DNA of 64,000 nt from an uncultured bacterium (GCA_963707865.1 OY970175.1:300352-364351); one strand, 5' to 3'. Positions 28,493 through 39,252 are shown, counted from the stretch's first letter. A program made the numbers and translations. The notes: generated by a model from the letters alone, not told the origin.

Positions 28493-31400
28493 TTAATTGT
28501 TGACCGCCGTAAACGTAGTGGTGGCCTGGTAAGTGCCTGTCGGTATGCCGGCTGGCACACCGATGCCCCATAAAACATTGCCTTGTACGGGCGTCGTGCT
28601 CGTCGGGGCAGCAAACAGAAGCCCGCCAATCGCAATCGCGCTGTCAGTGAGGGCCGTATCGCCCGTCCCGAAGGTAAAACTTGAGGTCGCATAATGCTGG
28701 GAGGTCGTGGCGAAGCTATTTGACCCGGAAATGAACGCGGTGCCTGATACCTCGATCGTCGTGGAGGAATTGCCGACATTCTGGATGGTGGTGGTTTGAT
28801 TGGTTCCTTGCGACGTGGTGCTTGCCGTGATTGTGCCGTAATTGATGGATGACGTCGTGACATTGATTGCGATAAGTACGTTCACGTTCACGGGGCCCGA
28901 GGTCGCCGTGGCAGTGTATCCCCCGCCGTTCGTCACCGTAACGGCAGCTGTCCATGAATCAGACGGGAAACTTGACGAGGCGCCGGTAGATTGAGCGAAG
29001 TACCACATATCGGCCGAACAGGTCACGGTGCTGGTGCTTCCGCTAAAGACGCAGTTCGGACTTCCAATCTGATAACAATTTAAGCCGTCCGCCGTGCAAC
29101 TCGCGGTGCGGGACGTGCGATAGATGGTAGAGGTCGCAGAAATGATATTTCCCGGACCGCCCGGATCGCTTGTTGAAGCGACGACGGAAATGGTCTCTGT
29201 CGTGGCCGGCAGAAGTGTGATGTTTGCATCGCCATTTAGATGAACATTGGAGACGGTCGGCGAGGGATTCGTATGAGTGACGATTTCCGGATAGACCGGA
29301 TACGCATAGAGCGCTGTGCTGCTTGAAAAAACGGCTTGAAAACAATAATCGGTGGTTCCCGGAGCGCCGTTGTCCACGAGCGAAAAATCCCAATTGCCGT
29401 CTTGCCCCGTGTAGATGGTTGAAGTGACCGAGAAATTATTCGCTGATTGATACGTTTGTCCCACCACGGTTCGTCCGCCGTCCACGGGATCGCTTGAGGT
29501 TGGCGAAAGCGCGGTTCCGTTCTGAACGAGGGAGTTCGTGTTATAGGCAATGGCCGTGGAACTGGTAATGGTTGCGTAGCCGTATTGAGGACTGGCGCAA
29601 TTCGCGCCATTCCCCTTGTTCGCAAACTGAAGCATGAATGAATCCGTACCGGCAATGGAATTGGTCGCATCAACCGCAAGCAGCATGCGCAAGCGGAATG
29701 CCTCACCAGTAGAAGAAAGTGTCGTTGAAGCATTTTGCGACGCAAGCGCGGATCCGACGTTCGCGGAATTTTGATTGGCAAACCAGGTATATCCCACCTG
29801 CGTGTACGCCGTGGCCGGAGGAACGCTTGATCCAAATGTCCAATGCGTGTTATTGCCGCAGTCCCTGTTCGTGATATTCGCGGCGTTCACGGCACTGCCG
29901 CTTGATGCGTCGGAACGGCTCACGTTCACATAGGCAAGCGGCGTTTGTGTGCCCGAAACGTTCAAAAGCCACGTGCCGGAACCGGCGGAATTACGGAAGT
30001 AGACGGGATGCCCGGATGGCCCAACCCAGTCGGTATTCACAAAGGTATAGGTGGAACCGTTATGGTATTGAATCCCGACATCCCCTGTCGTAATGGTGTA
30101 ATTGTCGGTAGAAGACGCACTTGCAAGAAATGCAACACTCGGCGTAAATCCGGTCAGCTCGCAATCCGAGGGGCCCGCACCGGAATGGTTTGTGATAATA
30201 AGGTCATAAAAAGCGGACGTGCCCGTCATCGTGCCACTAAGTAATTGCTGGCCGGTTCCGCCCAGCGTGACCGTGCCGGAGCGAGCGGTAAAAGTGCCGC
30301 TATTCGTAAAATTACCGTTCAGATTTAAAGCATAACTATTACCACTGACGTCCAGGGTGCCGCTGCTAATGGTCGTTGTGCCGTTCACCGTGGTAGAGCC
30401 GCCCAGGGTCGCGACAAAACCGCTGTCGGATATAGTCAAATTGGAATATGTGGTAGCCGCCACGGTCTGATTTCCCGCGCCATCGTAGTTCACGGTATTC
30501 GCATTTGTGTGGCCATCAAAGGTAGTGATGGCCAGGGCGTTCGTGGTGCCTCCGCCCACGTTAAGAACTGAACCGCTCCCTTGAATCCAGCTTCCGCTGC
30601 CGGTAAAATTCCCCGTTATTGTCACTGTGCCGTTATTGGTCACGGTGCCGGGACTGTTGACCGTCAGGGTTCCGGAAACCGCCAAGGTCGCGGACAAGGT
30701 CCACGTCATGCTGTCGCTCGGGGACAGGGCCAGGTTTTTGACCGTGGTCAGGGCGCAGGTAATCGCGCCGCTGCCGGTGAAATTCAAGGTGTCGTACACC
30801 ACCACCTCGCAGGTCGGTGCAGTGGCAGTGTAGTTGACGATGTTGCCGCTCGCCGTGGCGGTGAGCGTAGTGATGGTCAGATTCGCTCCGGTCGCTCCGA
30901 TGTTCAACGTGCTGGTGCCGGCATTGGTCAACCCCCCGGTCCCTGCCAGAGCAGTAGCGACAGTCAGCGTGCCATTGTTGGTCAAGGTGACCCCGGTGAC
31001 GGTGACGCTCGGGATGGAGAATGTTCCGGTGAGCGCCTGGGAGTTGGTGCTGAAAGTATGCACCCCGGTACTGGCGGTAAAGGTGCCGCTGTTTGTAATG
31101 CCGTTGCTGAAGGTGGAGGTAACTGCCGCACTTTCGGTCCAGTTTGCACCACCATTGATCGTTACGAGACCCGTGAAGGTCTTGGAGGGATTCGTTGCTG
31201 AAGAAAAAGTTAACGTGCCGGATGATCCGCCGCCCACCGTCGTCGTGCTGCTCACAGTTAAGGTAAACGCACCTACCGTGAGGGTCGTGCCGTCGCCGAC
31301 GGAGAGGTTGCCGGTTATTGTCAAGTTGGCCGCGGTCGTCGACGTTGCCGTCCCGCTCAACGTGAGGTTGCCGCCGATCGCCGTGGTACCGGACTGTAAG

Positions 31401-32656
31401 GTCTTGCCACCGCTGCCACTTAGGGTGAGGTTGTAATAGTTGGTGGAAAAGACTGTCTGGGCGCCGGCAAGGTTATAATTGACCGTGTTGCCGCTGGCCG
31501 TGGCGGTCAGCGTGGTGATGGTGGGGGCTGACGCGGAACCGATGTTCAAGACACCAGTGGCGGCATTGATCCATTTAGTACCCGATAAGCTAGTCGCAGC
31601 ATTTACCGTAACGGTTCCGTTATTGGTAGTTGACGCAGAGGATACGGTGCCGGAAAAAGTAAGAGTTGATCCCGAGCTAATAGATGGAGCGGTTGTCCCA
31701 CTGATGGTAAACGTTCCAGTATTTGTTACGGCTCCACTGGTGCCACTAATAACCGACGATGCGCCGGATACCGTAACGCCGCCAGTGCCTGCATGGGTAC
31801 CGCTGTTAGCATAATTGCCCGTAACGGTAAGCAACCTACTATTGCCTCCGTCTGTTAACGTAGCGCCGCTTGATATAGATACGCCCGTAGAAGTCTCCGC
31901 GGCGCCACTCAAAGTTAACTGGCCGGAAGAGACCGTAATGGTTCCCCATGTTGTAATTGCCGTAGCATACGTAACGGCGTCCGTCGCCCCGCTTGATGTT
32001 AAATTAGTTCCCGCGGCCAAACTGATCGTCCCGCCGGTACCTATGGTACTGTTCGTGCCGGTCAGTTGAATGGTTGCAGCACCAGTGGTGGTCAACTGCG
32101 CTTGGGCAGCAGTGCCGCTAAAGCTAATGCCACTGCCAGTAAGAATGATCTTTCCTGTAGTTGCCCCTAACTTTGCGATACGGTTAGTCGAACTTCCAGC
32201 AATCGCGATACTCCCCGCACTCAAGGTAGACGTATTCACCACAATTTGGTTGGTAATGCTGGCGCCAGGAGCATTAATGGTTACGGCGCCTGTCACAGTC
32301 AGATTTTGAGTCAACGTCAGCGTGGTGGCTTTGCTGCAGGTTCCGGAAACACACATAGTAAGAGCGGACACCGTTGCGCCGGCAGTATCCATAGTCATGG
32401 TCGTCGACGCGACGATGGTTACATTATCTCCGGATTGGGGAATATTGCTACCGCAGCCAGTCCAGCTTGACGTAGCGCTCCAGTTAACAGTGCCGGTCGT
32501 AGAAGTACAGTTGTTAGCTTGCGCGTATTGAATTTTTGGAAGCAAATGAAAGTAGCTGGGTATATTTGAAAACGCGATGAAAAGAAAGGTGGGGAAAATA
32601 AAAATAAACAGAAGCAAGCGGCGCTTTACTGTTCTGGACAACGTCAAGCTAATCAC
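28493..32656 (-). CDS. Large adhesin-like surface protein (Gly/Thr-rich beta-strand repeats)
   Basis: 1387 aa, signal peptide, W.....W N-terminal motif, repeats such as TATASGN.VNY and Y.NLT.S; WxL-like C-terminus shared with 27515-28441. Confidence 0.8.
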   Translation of the reverse strand: MISLTLSRTVKRRLLLFIFIFPTFLFIAFSNIPSYFHLLPKIQYAQANNCTSTTGTVNWSATSSWTGCGSNIPQSGDNVTIVASTTMTMDTAGATVSALTMCVSGTCSKATTLTLTQNLTVTGAVTINAPGASITNQIVVNTSTLSAGSIAIAGSSTNRIAKLGATTGKIILTGSGISFSGTAAQAQLTTTGAATIQLTGTNSTIGTGGTISLAAGTNLTSSGATDAVTYATAITTWGTITVSSGQLTLSGAAETSTGVSISSGATLTDGGNSRLLTVTGNYANSGTHAGTGGVTVSGASSVISGTSGAVTNTGTFTISGTTAPSISSGSTLTFSGTVSSASTTNNGTVTVNAATSLSGTKWINAATGVLNIGSASAPTITTLTATASGNTVNYNLAGAQTVFSTNYYNLTLSGSGGKTLQSGTTAIGGNLTLSGTATSTTAANLTITGNLSVGDGTTLTVGAFTLTVSSTTTVGGGSSGTLTFSSATNPSKTFTGLVTINGGANWTESAAVTSTFSNGITNSGTFTASTGVHTFSTNSQALTGTFSIPSVTVTGVTLTNNGTLTVATALAGTGGLTNAGTSTLNIGATGANLTITTLTATASGNIVNYTATAPTCEVVVYDTLNFTGSGAITCALTTVKNLALSPSDSMTWTLSATLAVSGTLTVNSPGTVTNNGTVTITGNFTGSGSWIQGSGSVLNVGGGTTNALAITTFDGHTNANTVNYDGAGNQTVAATTYSNLTISDSGFVATLGGSTTVNGTTTISSGTLDVSGNSYALNLNGNFTNSGTFTARSGTVTLGGTGQQLLSGTMTGTSAFYDLIITNHSGAGPSDCELTGFTPSVAFLASASSTDNYTITTGDVGIQYHNGSTYTFVNTDWVGPSGHPVYFRNSAGSGTWLLNVSGTQTPLAYVNVSRSDASSGSAVNAANITNRDCGNNTHWTFGSSVPPATAYTQVGYTWFANQNSANVGSALASQNASTTLSSTGEAFRLRMLLAVDATNSIAGTDSFMLQFANKGNGANCASPQYGYATITSSTAIAYNTNSLVQNGTALSPTSSDPVDGGRTVVGQTYQSANNFSVTSTIYTGQDGNWDFSLVDNGAPGTTDYCFQAVFSSSTALYAYPVYPEIVTHTNPSPTVSNVHLNGDANITLLPATTETISVVASTSDPGGPGNIISATSTIYRTSRTASCTADGLNCYQIGSPNCVFSGSTSTVTCSADMWYFAQSTGASSSFPSDSWTAAVTVTNGGGYTATATSGPVNVNVLIAINVTTSSINYGTITASTTSQGTNQTTTIQNVGNSSTTIEVSGTAFISGSNSFATTSQHYATSSFTFGTGDTALTDSAIAIGGLLFAAPTSTTPVQGNVLWGIGVPAGIPTGTYQATTTFTAVNN

Positions 32657-32712
32657 ACTTCATATTTTGCCACATTTTCAATAGAAAATCAGCAATGCGC
32701 AGGGTCCGAGGG

Positions 32713-34380
32713 TCATCGAACGTCAATGTTTAATTGGCAAAAATTGGAGAGCACGGTTCCATCGGCTTCATGCTCGTGGTAGATCACGGGAATATTGAAG
32801 GAACCATGCTGGGCGTCGGCCGCCGCTTGGAAGGTCAGGGACGAGGTCGCCGCGATGGCGCCGCTCGGACTGCCTATGGAAACGGAAATCCCGCGGGGGA
32901 GATATCCCGTGAAAAGATCGTACGATACGCCGCTAATAGATGGATGAAGCATTGCGGTAAACTGCGTAGTTCCGCCGGGAGGCAACGGCTGCGAAAAGGG
33001 TTCTATGCGACAGGTTTGCCGCGCTCCGGGATTGGCGAGCGTAACCCGAACCGGCGGTGCCGTGGAAGAGGCCTCTTCGTCCGTCGAAGTTGGCGTGTTC
33101 GTCATCTCAATTACCGAAGGTATTTCATAATGCACCTCAACAAACATGCCATCCAGGTACACTTTCGGAATTTGCTGAAGCGTGGTCGGGATGCCCTCAA
33201 TCTTCACCTGAAGCTTTTTAAGGTCGTCCCAGCTCGTTACGGGAAGGGTTGCGGTGAAGTTCTGCCAGTTGTCCGGGCCCACCTTTGCAAACTCAACCCA
33301 CGTTTGGCCGTCCACGCTGTAGCTCACCTCCAAAAAGTTATCGTCAGGCGGGGGCGGCGGAGCGAAGACAGGCGCGGAGGAGGTGGTGGTGCTCGCCTCG
33401 GGCGGTACGGTAACATCGGTTCCGGTCGCAGTGGAAGTAACCGTGGAGGTGATCGGCGCGAGCGTCGCCGTGATTGGCGGCGCCATGATCACAGTGCTGC
33501 TCGGCGTTGTCGTGGCACCGGCCTCGGTTGTCGTTGCCGTTGCCGTACTCGTCGCTGCGACAGTCGGAGTTGTCGTTTCCACGATCGTCGCCGCGGAGGC
33601 AGTCGTGGTCGGTGCGGTTGTCGTGCCTGGCTCCGATGAAGAAGTTGCTGGCGCTAGCGTTGATGTCGATTCAGATGGCGGCAGTGGAGGAGTAGGCGGC
33701 GCCGTGTTCGTATCGCTTGAAGTCGGGACAGTGCTCACTGTATCCGTGGTATCTGCAAACGCGACGTTCAAAAGCCGCGTATTAAAGAGCCACGAAGTGC
33801 TCGTCGCTTCGGGTGCGGTGGTGGTTGGCGTAGTAGTGGTGGTGGTGGTGGCCGACGCGGCGGGAACGGTGCCAGTCGCAGTGCTTGTGGCAGTCCCTTC
33901 GTCTGTCGTCGTCGCGAGTCCCGGGATATTCCACACGAGCGTCAAACCGACATTCTTTACGTCGCCTTCCGTTTTATAATCGGGTGGCACAAACGCGCCG
34001 CAAAAAATCTGCGTGAGTGGCGATGTCGGATCGTATACCGCCGCATTGTCCGCGGTGATTGCCGCTGACGAAGTACCCAAACTTTCCGGCTGCCCCTGCG
34101 CGTTTGCAGGATTCTGCCAACTGCCCAAACAGGTAAGCGGGAAGAAGTCGCTTACCTCTGCGCGCGTGGAAAGCTTCCGGATACCCCAGAAAATGCCGCC
34201 GGCGAGAACAAGGAGGATTACAAGCGACCACCACGGGTGGCGCTTCCCGAATCCCGGCCGCAAATTGAGAACGTTTTTGCCATAGACGATTTCTTTGAAC
34301 GAGCGTTTTGATACGCGGGTCCTTCCCGTATGCACATCAAATATACCCCTCGTTTTGTCTTCATTTCTCGCGGGAGTCAT
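32713..34380 (-). CDS. Thr-rich (mucin-like) single-TM surface protein
   Basis: N-terminal TM, long T/A/P linker, LEVSYSVDG..W and YLDGM.VEV.Y domain. Confidence 0.7.
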   Translation of the reverse strand: MTPARNEDKTRGIFDVHTGRTRVSKRSFKEIVYGKNVLNLRPGFGKRHPWWSLVILLVLAGGIFWGIRKLSTRAEVSDFFPLTCLGSWQNPANAQGQPESLGTSSAAITADNAAVYDPTSPLTQIFCGAFVPPDYKTEGDVKNVGLTLVWNIPGLATTTDEGTATSTATGTVPAASATTTTTTTPTTTAPEATSTSWLFNTRLLNVAFADTTDTVSTVPTSSDTNTAPPTPPLPPSESTSTLAPATSSSEPGTTTAPTTTASAATIVETTTPTVAATSTATATTTEAGATTTPSSTVIMAPPITATLAPITSTVTSTATGTDVTVPPEASTTTSSAPVFAPPPPPDDNFLEVSYSVDGQTWVEFAKVGPDNWQNFTATLPVTSWDDLKKLQVKIEGIPTTLQQIPKVYLDGMFVEVHYEIPSVIEMTNTPTSTDEEASSTAPPVRVTLANPGARQTCRIEPFSQPLPPGGTTQFTAMLHPSISGVSYDLFTGYLPRGISVSIGSPSGAIAATSSLTFQAAADAQHGSFNIPVIYHEHEADGTVLSNFCQLNIDVR

Positions 34381-34434
34381 TCCCTATTATTTTACCATCA
34401 AAAGCAGAAAATCCGCAGAGAAACTGTGGATTCT

Positions 34435-35085
34435 CTAGAGATGCTTCTCTACCTCACTCCAATTCACCACGTTCCACCAAGCGGCGATATAATCCGGGCG
34501 TTTATTCTGGTATTTCAGGTAGTACGCGTGCTCCCATACATCCAGCCCAAGGATCGGCGTCTGCGCTTTTATGAGTGGGCTGTCTTGATTTGGCGTCGTC
34601 GCGACGATCAATTTGCCATTCGCGTCGCGTACGAGCCATGCCCAGCCGCTTCCAAAAATGCCCGCGGCTGTTTTTGTAAACTCCTCTCGGAATTTGGTGT
34701 AGCCGCCAAATGTCCGTGCAACCGCCTCCCCTATTTTTCCGCCCGGTCCGCTACCTCCGCCATTGTCTGGCGTCCCCCCGGCACCAATTTTCCGCGAAGA
34801 CTGGTGCTGAGCAGGGGCCATGATCGTCCAGAAGAACGAGTGGTTCCAGTGTCCCCCGCCGTGATTGCGCACCGCGGCGCGGATGTCCTCCGGCACGGAA
34901 TCCAGCGACCGCAACAGCTCCTCAAGCGGCCTGTCTGCGATCTCGGGATGTTTCGCGAGCGCCGCGTTCAGATTGTTCACATATGCTTGGTGATGTTTCG
35001 TAAGGTGAATCTCCATCGTCTTTGCGTCTATGTACGGTTCCAACGCTTCATAGGCATACGGCAGTTTTGGCAATTCGTATTTCAT
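34435..35085 (-). CDS. sodA: Mn/Fe superoxide dismutase
   Basis: [44 protein letters not shown]; GGG and NQD suggest the Mn type. Confidence 0.95.
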   Translation of the reverse strand: MKYELPKLPYAYEALEPYIDAKTMEIHLTKHHQAYVNNLNAALAKHPEIADRPLEELLRSLDSVPEDIRAAVRNHGGGHWNHSFFWTIMAPAQHQSSRKIGAGGTPDNGGGSGPGGKIGEAVARTFGGYTKFREEFTKTAAGIFGSGWAWLVRDANGKLIVATTPNQDSPLIKAQTPILGLDVWEHAYYLKYQNKRPDYIAAWWNVVNWSEVEKHL

Positions 35086-35172
35086 AAGAATTATTATAGC
35101 ATATGCCCCGTTAAATGAAAATTTAATGAAAACTTTAGAAAGTTTTAATAGGGATTTTGGCATACTGGGAAC

Positions 35173-35862
35173 ATGGTTATGAAAACAGCACTAAAGGAAA
35201 GGGCTATCGCATTCCGCAGGGATGGATGGTCGTATCGGGAAATCATGCATGAGGTTCCCGTTGCCAAATCAACTATCGGGCTTTGGTTGCGCTCGGTCGG
35301 ATTATCTATCAGACAAAAGCAGAGGCTCACCGAGAAAAGATTAGCTGCGGTAAGGCGAGGTGCCGAAGCAAAACATCAACAGCGGGTTACCATCACACGG
35401 AAAATAATAGCGGCAGCGAAGGAGGATATTGGCGCGATCAGTAAACGTGAACTTTGCCTTATCGGCACCATGCTTTATTGGGCTGAAGGGTCAAAACAAA
35501 AAGATCACGATCCCAGCTGCAGAGTGATGTTCACAAATACTGATCCAGATATGATATGCATTTTCTTGCGATGGCTAAAAGAAATCTGTGATAAAGATCT
35601 ATGCGATACCACTCTAGAAATATACATCCACGGGTTGCAACGGCAGAGAACAGCAGAAATCATTGATTTTTGGTCAGCAATTATCAAATGTGATCCATCT
35701 GTTTTTCAGCATATTTACTACAAGAAAGGAAATCCGAAAACATTGAGAAAAAATGTCGGGAAATCATATCACGGAACTCTGAGGATCAACGTCAAGTCGA
35801 GTACATCACTCAACCGCAAAATTGCGGGATGGACGCAGGGCGTGGTAGACTATTTCCGATAA
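35173..35862 (+). CDS. HTH plus degenerate LAGLIDADG-fold protein abutting a tRNA gene
   Basis: N-terminal HTH (G.SY.EI....VAKSTI..W), [17 protein letters not shown]; stop codon 1 nt before the tRNA. Confidence 0.7.
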   Translation: MVMKTALKERAIAFRRDGWSYREIMHEVPVAKSTIGLWLRSVGLSIRQKQRLTEKRLAAVRRGAEAKHQQRVTITRKIIAAAKEDIGAISKRELCLIGTMLYWAEGSKQKDHDPSCRVMFTNTDPDMICIFLRWLKEICDKDLCDTTLEIYIHGLQRQRTAEIIDFWSAIIKCDPSVFQHIYYKKGNPKTLRKNVGKSYHGTLRINVKSSTSLNRKIAGWTQGVVDYFR

Positions 35863-35863
35863 T

Positions 35864-35935
35864 TGCGGGGTGGTGCAATCGGTAACACGTCGGTCTTTGG
35901 CACCGAAGTTCCAGGTTCGAGCCCTGGCCCCGCAG
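35864..35935 (+). tRNA. tRNA-Gln (UUG)
   Basis: Acceptor stem TGCGGGG/CCCCGCA, anticodon arm TCGGT-CTTTGGC-ACCGA, T-arm CCAGG-TTCGAGC-CCTGG; CCA not encoded. Confidence 0.95.
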
Positions 35936-37996
35936 CCTTCGGATTTTACTATCGTGCAAACTGGGACGCCCGGTTCTATTGAACCGACAGGCGTCACTAA
36001 CTTTTTGTTACCGTGATCGTTATGCTCCCGTCGGCGAAATTACCCGCCCGATCAAAAGCCCGCACGGTGATGATGTGCGTTCCTATGGGAAGCGAAATAG
36101 AGAGTGGTGAGGCGGCGGGCAAGAAAATGCCGTCGTCAAACTGGACGTAATAGTTACCCTGCAAACCGCTTAGGTCGTCATGGCTTTCGAACGTTAGCCT
36201 TACAATCTGGCCCTCGGATACTGTCGTTTCGCTGGCCTTGATGATGGGTTCTGATGGCGGTGTTGTGTCTATCATCACCTTATAATTGGAAACCGCGCCG
36301 GTGATACCGTTTTTGATCGGCTGGATATGGAAATAGTAGATGCCATCGGTAAGACCGGAGAACAAAACCGAGTCGGCAGAAGTTGCGCGTGCTCCCGCAA
36401 GCGTGGTCATGACGGGAATGTTATTCAGTGAATAAAGATAGCGATAGCCGGGAGAGGCTATCCAGGTGAAGAGACCGTTCGGCTCGTTATACCACCGGGC
36501 GCTGTTGGGATATGTCGGAGAAAATACTATGACCGAAGAGGTGCTATTTTCCGCCATCGCTTCGTCAATGATGCGATAGCTACCGTCGGTCGAGAGACGC
36601 AAAACATCCGTGCCCAATCCGTCGTTCGCCAATATCTGCGTGTCCGTGCTGAAATGTAACGTCACGTCTCCCCCTTGCATAGGCTGCAAAGCGAGCGTAA
36701 CTACATTGCCGCCCTCGCCGGAAAAACCTGGGGTCGGAAGGCCGCAAGCCACTTGCACCTCGCCGCGTTTATTATCAATACTTTTCTCTAAAAATATTGC
36801 TGGCGCGCAAAAGGAATCCGCAGTAATAATATCTGCTACCCAAATCCTTGACGGATCATATGTTATATCGATCTGGGCGGCATTGATGGCTTCTCCGCCG
36901 GTTGACACCTCGACCTCCACCCGTTGCTCCGACGACCTGCTCCAAACGGCGAAGCTTGGGTCGAACGCGAGCGTCGAATTATAAATGGTGTACGGAGGTT
37001 TCTGGACAAGGATCGAGTGGCTGTAAAGCAAAGCCCTGTCGGTAAAAAAGATCGCGAAAAACACGACGAGTGAGCAGATTACGAGAATCGTAACCTCTGC
37101 TGCCTGGCGCCTTTTTGTCGCCCCGTGTGTGTGGAGACAGAACATGATGAGGGCGAAGAAGAACGCGACAATCAAAGAAAAAATAGCGGCTTCCGCGGTA
37201 TAGCTCGCCGGGTAAAGCACGAGTACCCCTCCTGAGCTTCTTCCATAAGGGCCAGGGAAAGCGAGATTTTCCACGAAATATGCCCTTCCTTCTACGATCA
37301 CCTCGCGGCCCGATTGCCCCTTCAGGATCCAATCAGAGCCAATGTTGAAATATGCCGCAAGGAGAAGTTTAGTATTCGGATTTTCAAAAGTGGTTCCGAC
37401 CACGCCGTCCTGGCTTGAGTAGAAAATGAGATTTTCTCCGTCAGTCAAATATTTACTTCTGAAACTATGGGCATAAGCATCATCAACCGAGTAGCCGCCG
37501 AATACCGCTCCTACCATTTGCCCATGGTCGGTCACAGGATAGCCCGCAACCACTAAGAGCGGGGTGTCGCTCCCGCGCTCTATGGAAACCACGGCTGTTC
37601 CCTCCGCTACCTTCTGCCCATAAGCCGTCGTCTGAAATATATAATCGCCGATGCGGGAGGAAGAGGCCTGCGTTTGTGTCAGGACAACACCTGCGCCATC
37701 CGTAACATTGAGAACATCGAGGTGATAGATCGCTTGCTCGTCCCGGAGCGCCGAAGCGAGCTGCGGAACATCCCTTGCCTCAATCAGTTTCGCGAGACCG
37801 GAAGAGGCCGCAATCTTTCCTACGTTCTGAAAGACATATTGCGAACCCGTGTCGAGGCCATGCTGTACTTGTCCCGCTTTGCTATCGAAGAATCTCAATT
37901 CAAACCAATGGGTAACCTGATATGAGAAAAGTGACACTACCGAAAACGCGGCGATGGTCGCCACCATCACGATGAGGATGAATTTTTTGCAGTTTG

Positions 37997-39052
37997 TCTT
38001 TGATATTTGAACGGCGGCGCGGGAAGATGAGAGCATGAAAAAAAACGAAAGGGGCGCGGTTCACGGCGGCGGACCGGCGGGACATCGAGATACTTCGCAG
38101 TAAGGGCCGCTCGCTCCAGGAGATCGCGGATACGTTTCATCGGCCAAAGAGCGGCATTTGGTACGAACTCCAGAAGAGGCGGAAAGGGAGATCGTATGAC
38201 GCTGAATATGCAAAGCACCTGCACTATGTGCGGATGCGACAAAAGCGGAAAATCGGCAAGAAGATAGCATTTCATGACGACCTCAAACGATTCGTTGATG
38301 CCGCCCTCCTGGATGACCAGGCGCCGGAGGAGATCGCAAAACGACTGAGGCGCATTGAACGGCGCCTGCCCTATGTTTCCGCTTCGGCCATCCGGCGCTA
38401 CCTCAAAAGCGTCTACGGGCGGAGAATCGAATACCATCGGAGCAAAGTCTTCAAAAAGAAACGGCGCAAAGTTGCGGTGCGGAAACAGATCCTGCACAAG
38501 AGGATGATCTCCAAGAGGCCAAGCAAAATCAACAAACGGTGGGGTCTTGGCCATATGGAAGGCGACTTCATCGTATCGGGGAAAAGCGGACGAGGCATGG
38601 TCTTCGCCCTCCGCGACCGGAAGGTACGGAAGAATCTTTTGGAGAAAATACTGCCGGTGTCGCTCCGCACGGTCGATCAGGCGCTGGGCAGGATGAAGCA
38701 GCGCTACCCGGAGATGCAGACGATCACTTTCGACAACGATATCCTGTTTCTTGAGCATCAAACCTTGGAAAAGAAATATGGCATCAAGATATATTTCTGC
38801 TTCCCGCACTCCCCGTGGCAGAAGCCGAGTATCGAGCAACTGAACAAAGTACTGCGGCGCTACATCCCCAAAAGCTCCGACATATCAAAATATTCCCGCA
38901 GGTTCATCGCGAATCTTGAAAAGAAGATGAATCGCAAATTCATGGATGTCCTCCGTTCCCTCACGCCCGATGAGGCGTATGAGAAAGAGAAGAAACAAAA
39001 ACAGCGCCGGAGGGCGCGTCGGAAAGAAAAAACTCAGCGTTCAAATTGAGGG
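37997..39052 (+). mobile_element. IS30-family insertion sequence
   Basis: GTTTG direct repeats at 37992-96 and 39053-57; imperfect IR core ATTTGAACG/CGTTCAAAT; transposase inside. Confidence 0.8.
38035..39049 (+). CDS. IS30-family DDE transposase with a frameshift in an A8 run after the ATG
   Basis: GH.EGDFI, TITFDND..F, YFC.PHSPWQK.SIEQ.N..LRRYIPK, N.....L...TP; the HTH frame (KGARFT...SLQEIA) is out of frame with ATG 38035 by one A. Confidence 0.85.
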
Positions 39053-39252
39053 GTTTGGGTGCCTTTCTTGCCGAATAAATTTTATAACACGGGCGAGCAT
39101 CTTCTATATCATATCATGGCGGTCGGAATGATAGGCAGCTCTCATCAAGAATCTTGCCCTCATTAAGCTCGTGATTGGGATCGCCGCGGACATCGCTCCA
39201 CTCGAAGAAAAAGAGTAAGAAAAGTAGCAGGGTCACGGCGCCGCCACATCCA

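Larger units (their letters stand above)
35997..39100 (-). pseudogene. Membrane protein with Cache-like sensor and cohesin/Ig-like domains, 5' end interrupted by IS30
   Basis: Body at 35997-37996; removing 37997-39057 joins ATG 39100 (MLARVIKFIRQERHPNCKKFILIV...) in frame; cohesin-like INAAQIDITYDP and ILANDGLGTDVL. Confidence 0.7.

Noticed and set aside
21577-33979. Long plus-strand ORFs opposite the surface genes (e.g. 21577-22638, 25098-26030, 26603-27409, 32734-33639)
   Set aside because: Antisense shadows of GC-rich, Thr/Gly-rich minus-strand genes with no recognisable motifs
37967-38839. 290-aa minus-strand ORF inside IS30
   Set aside because: Antisense shadow of the transposase with no recognisable domain
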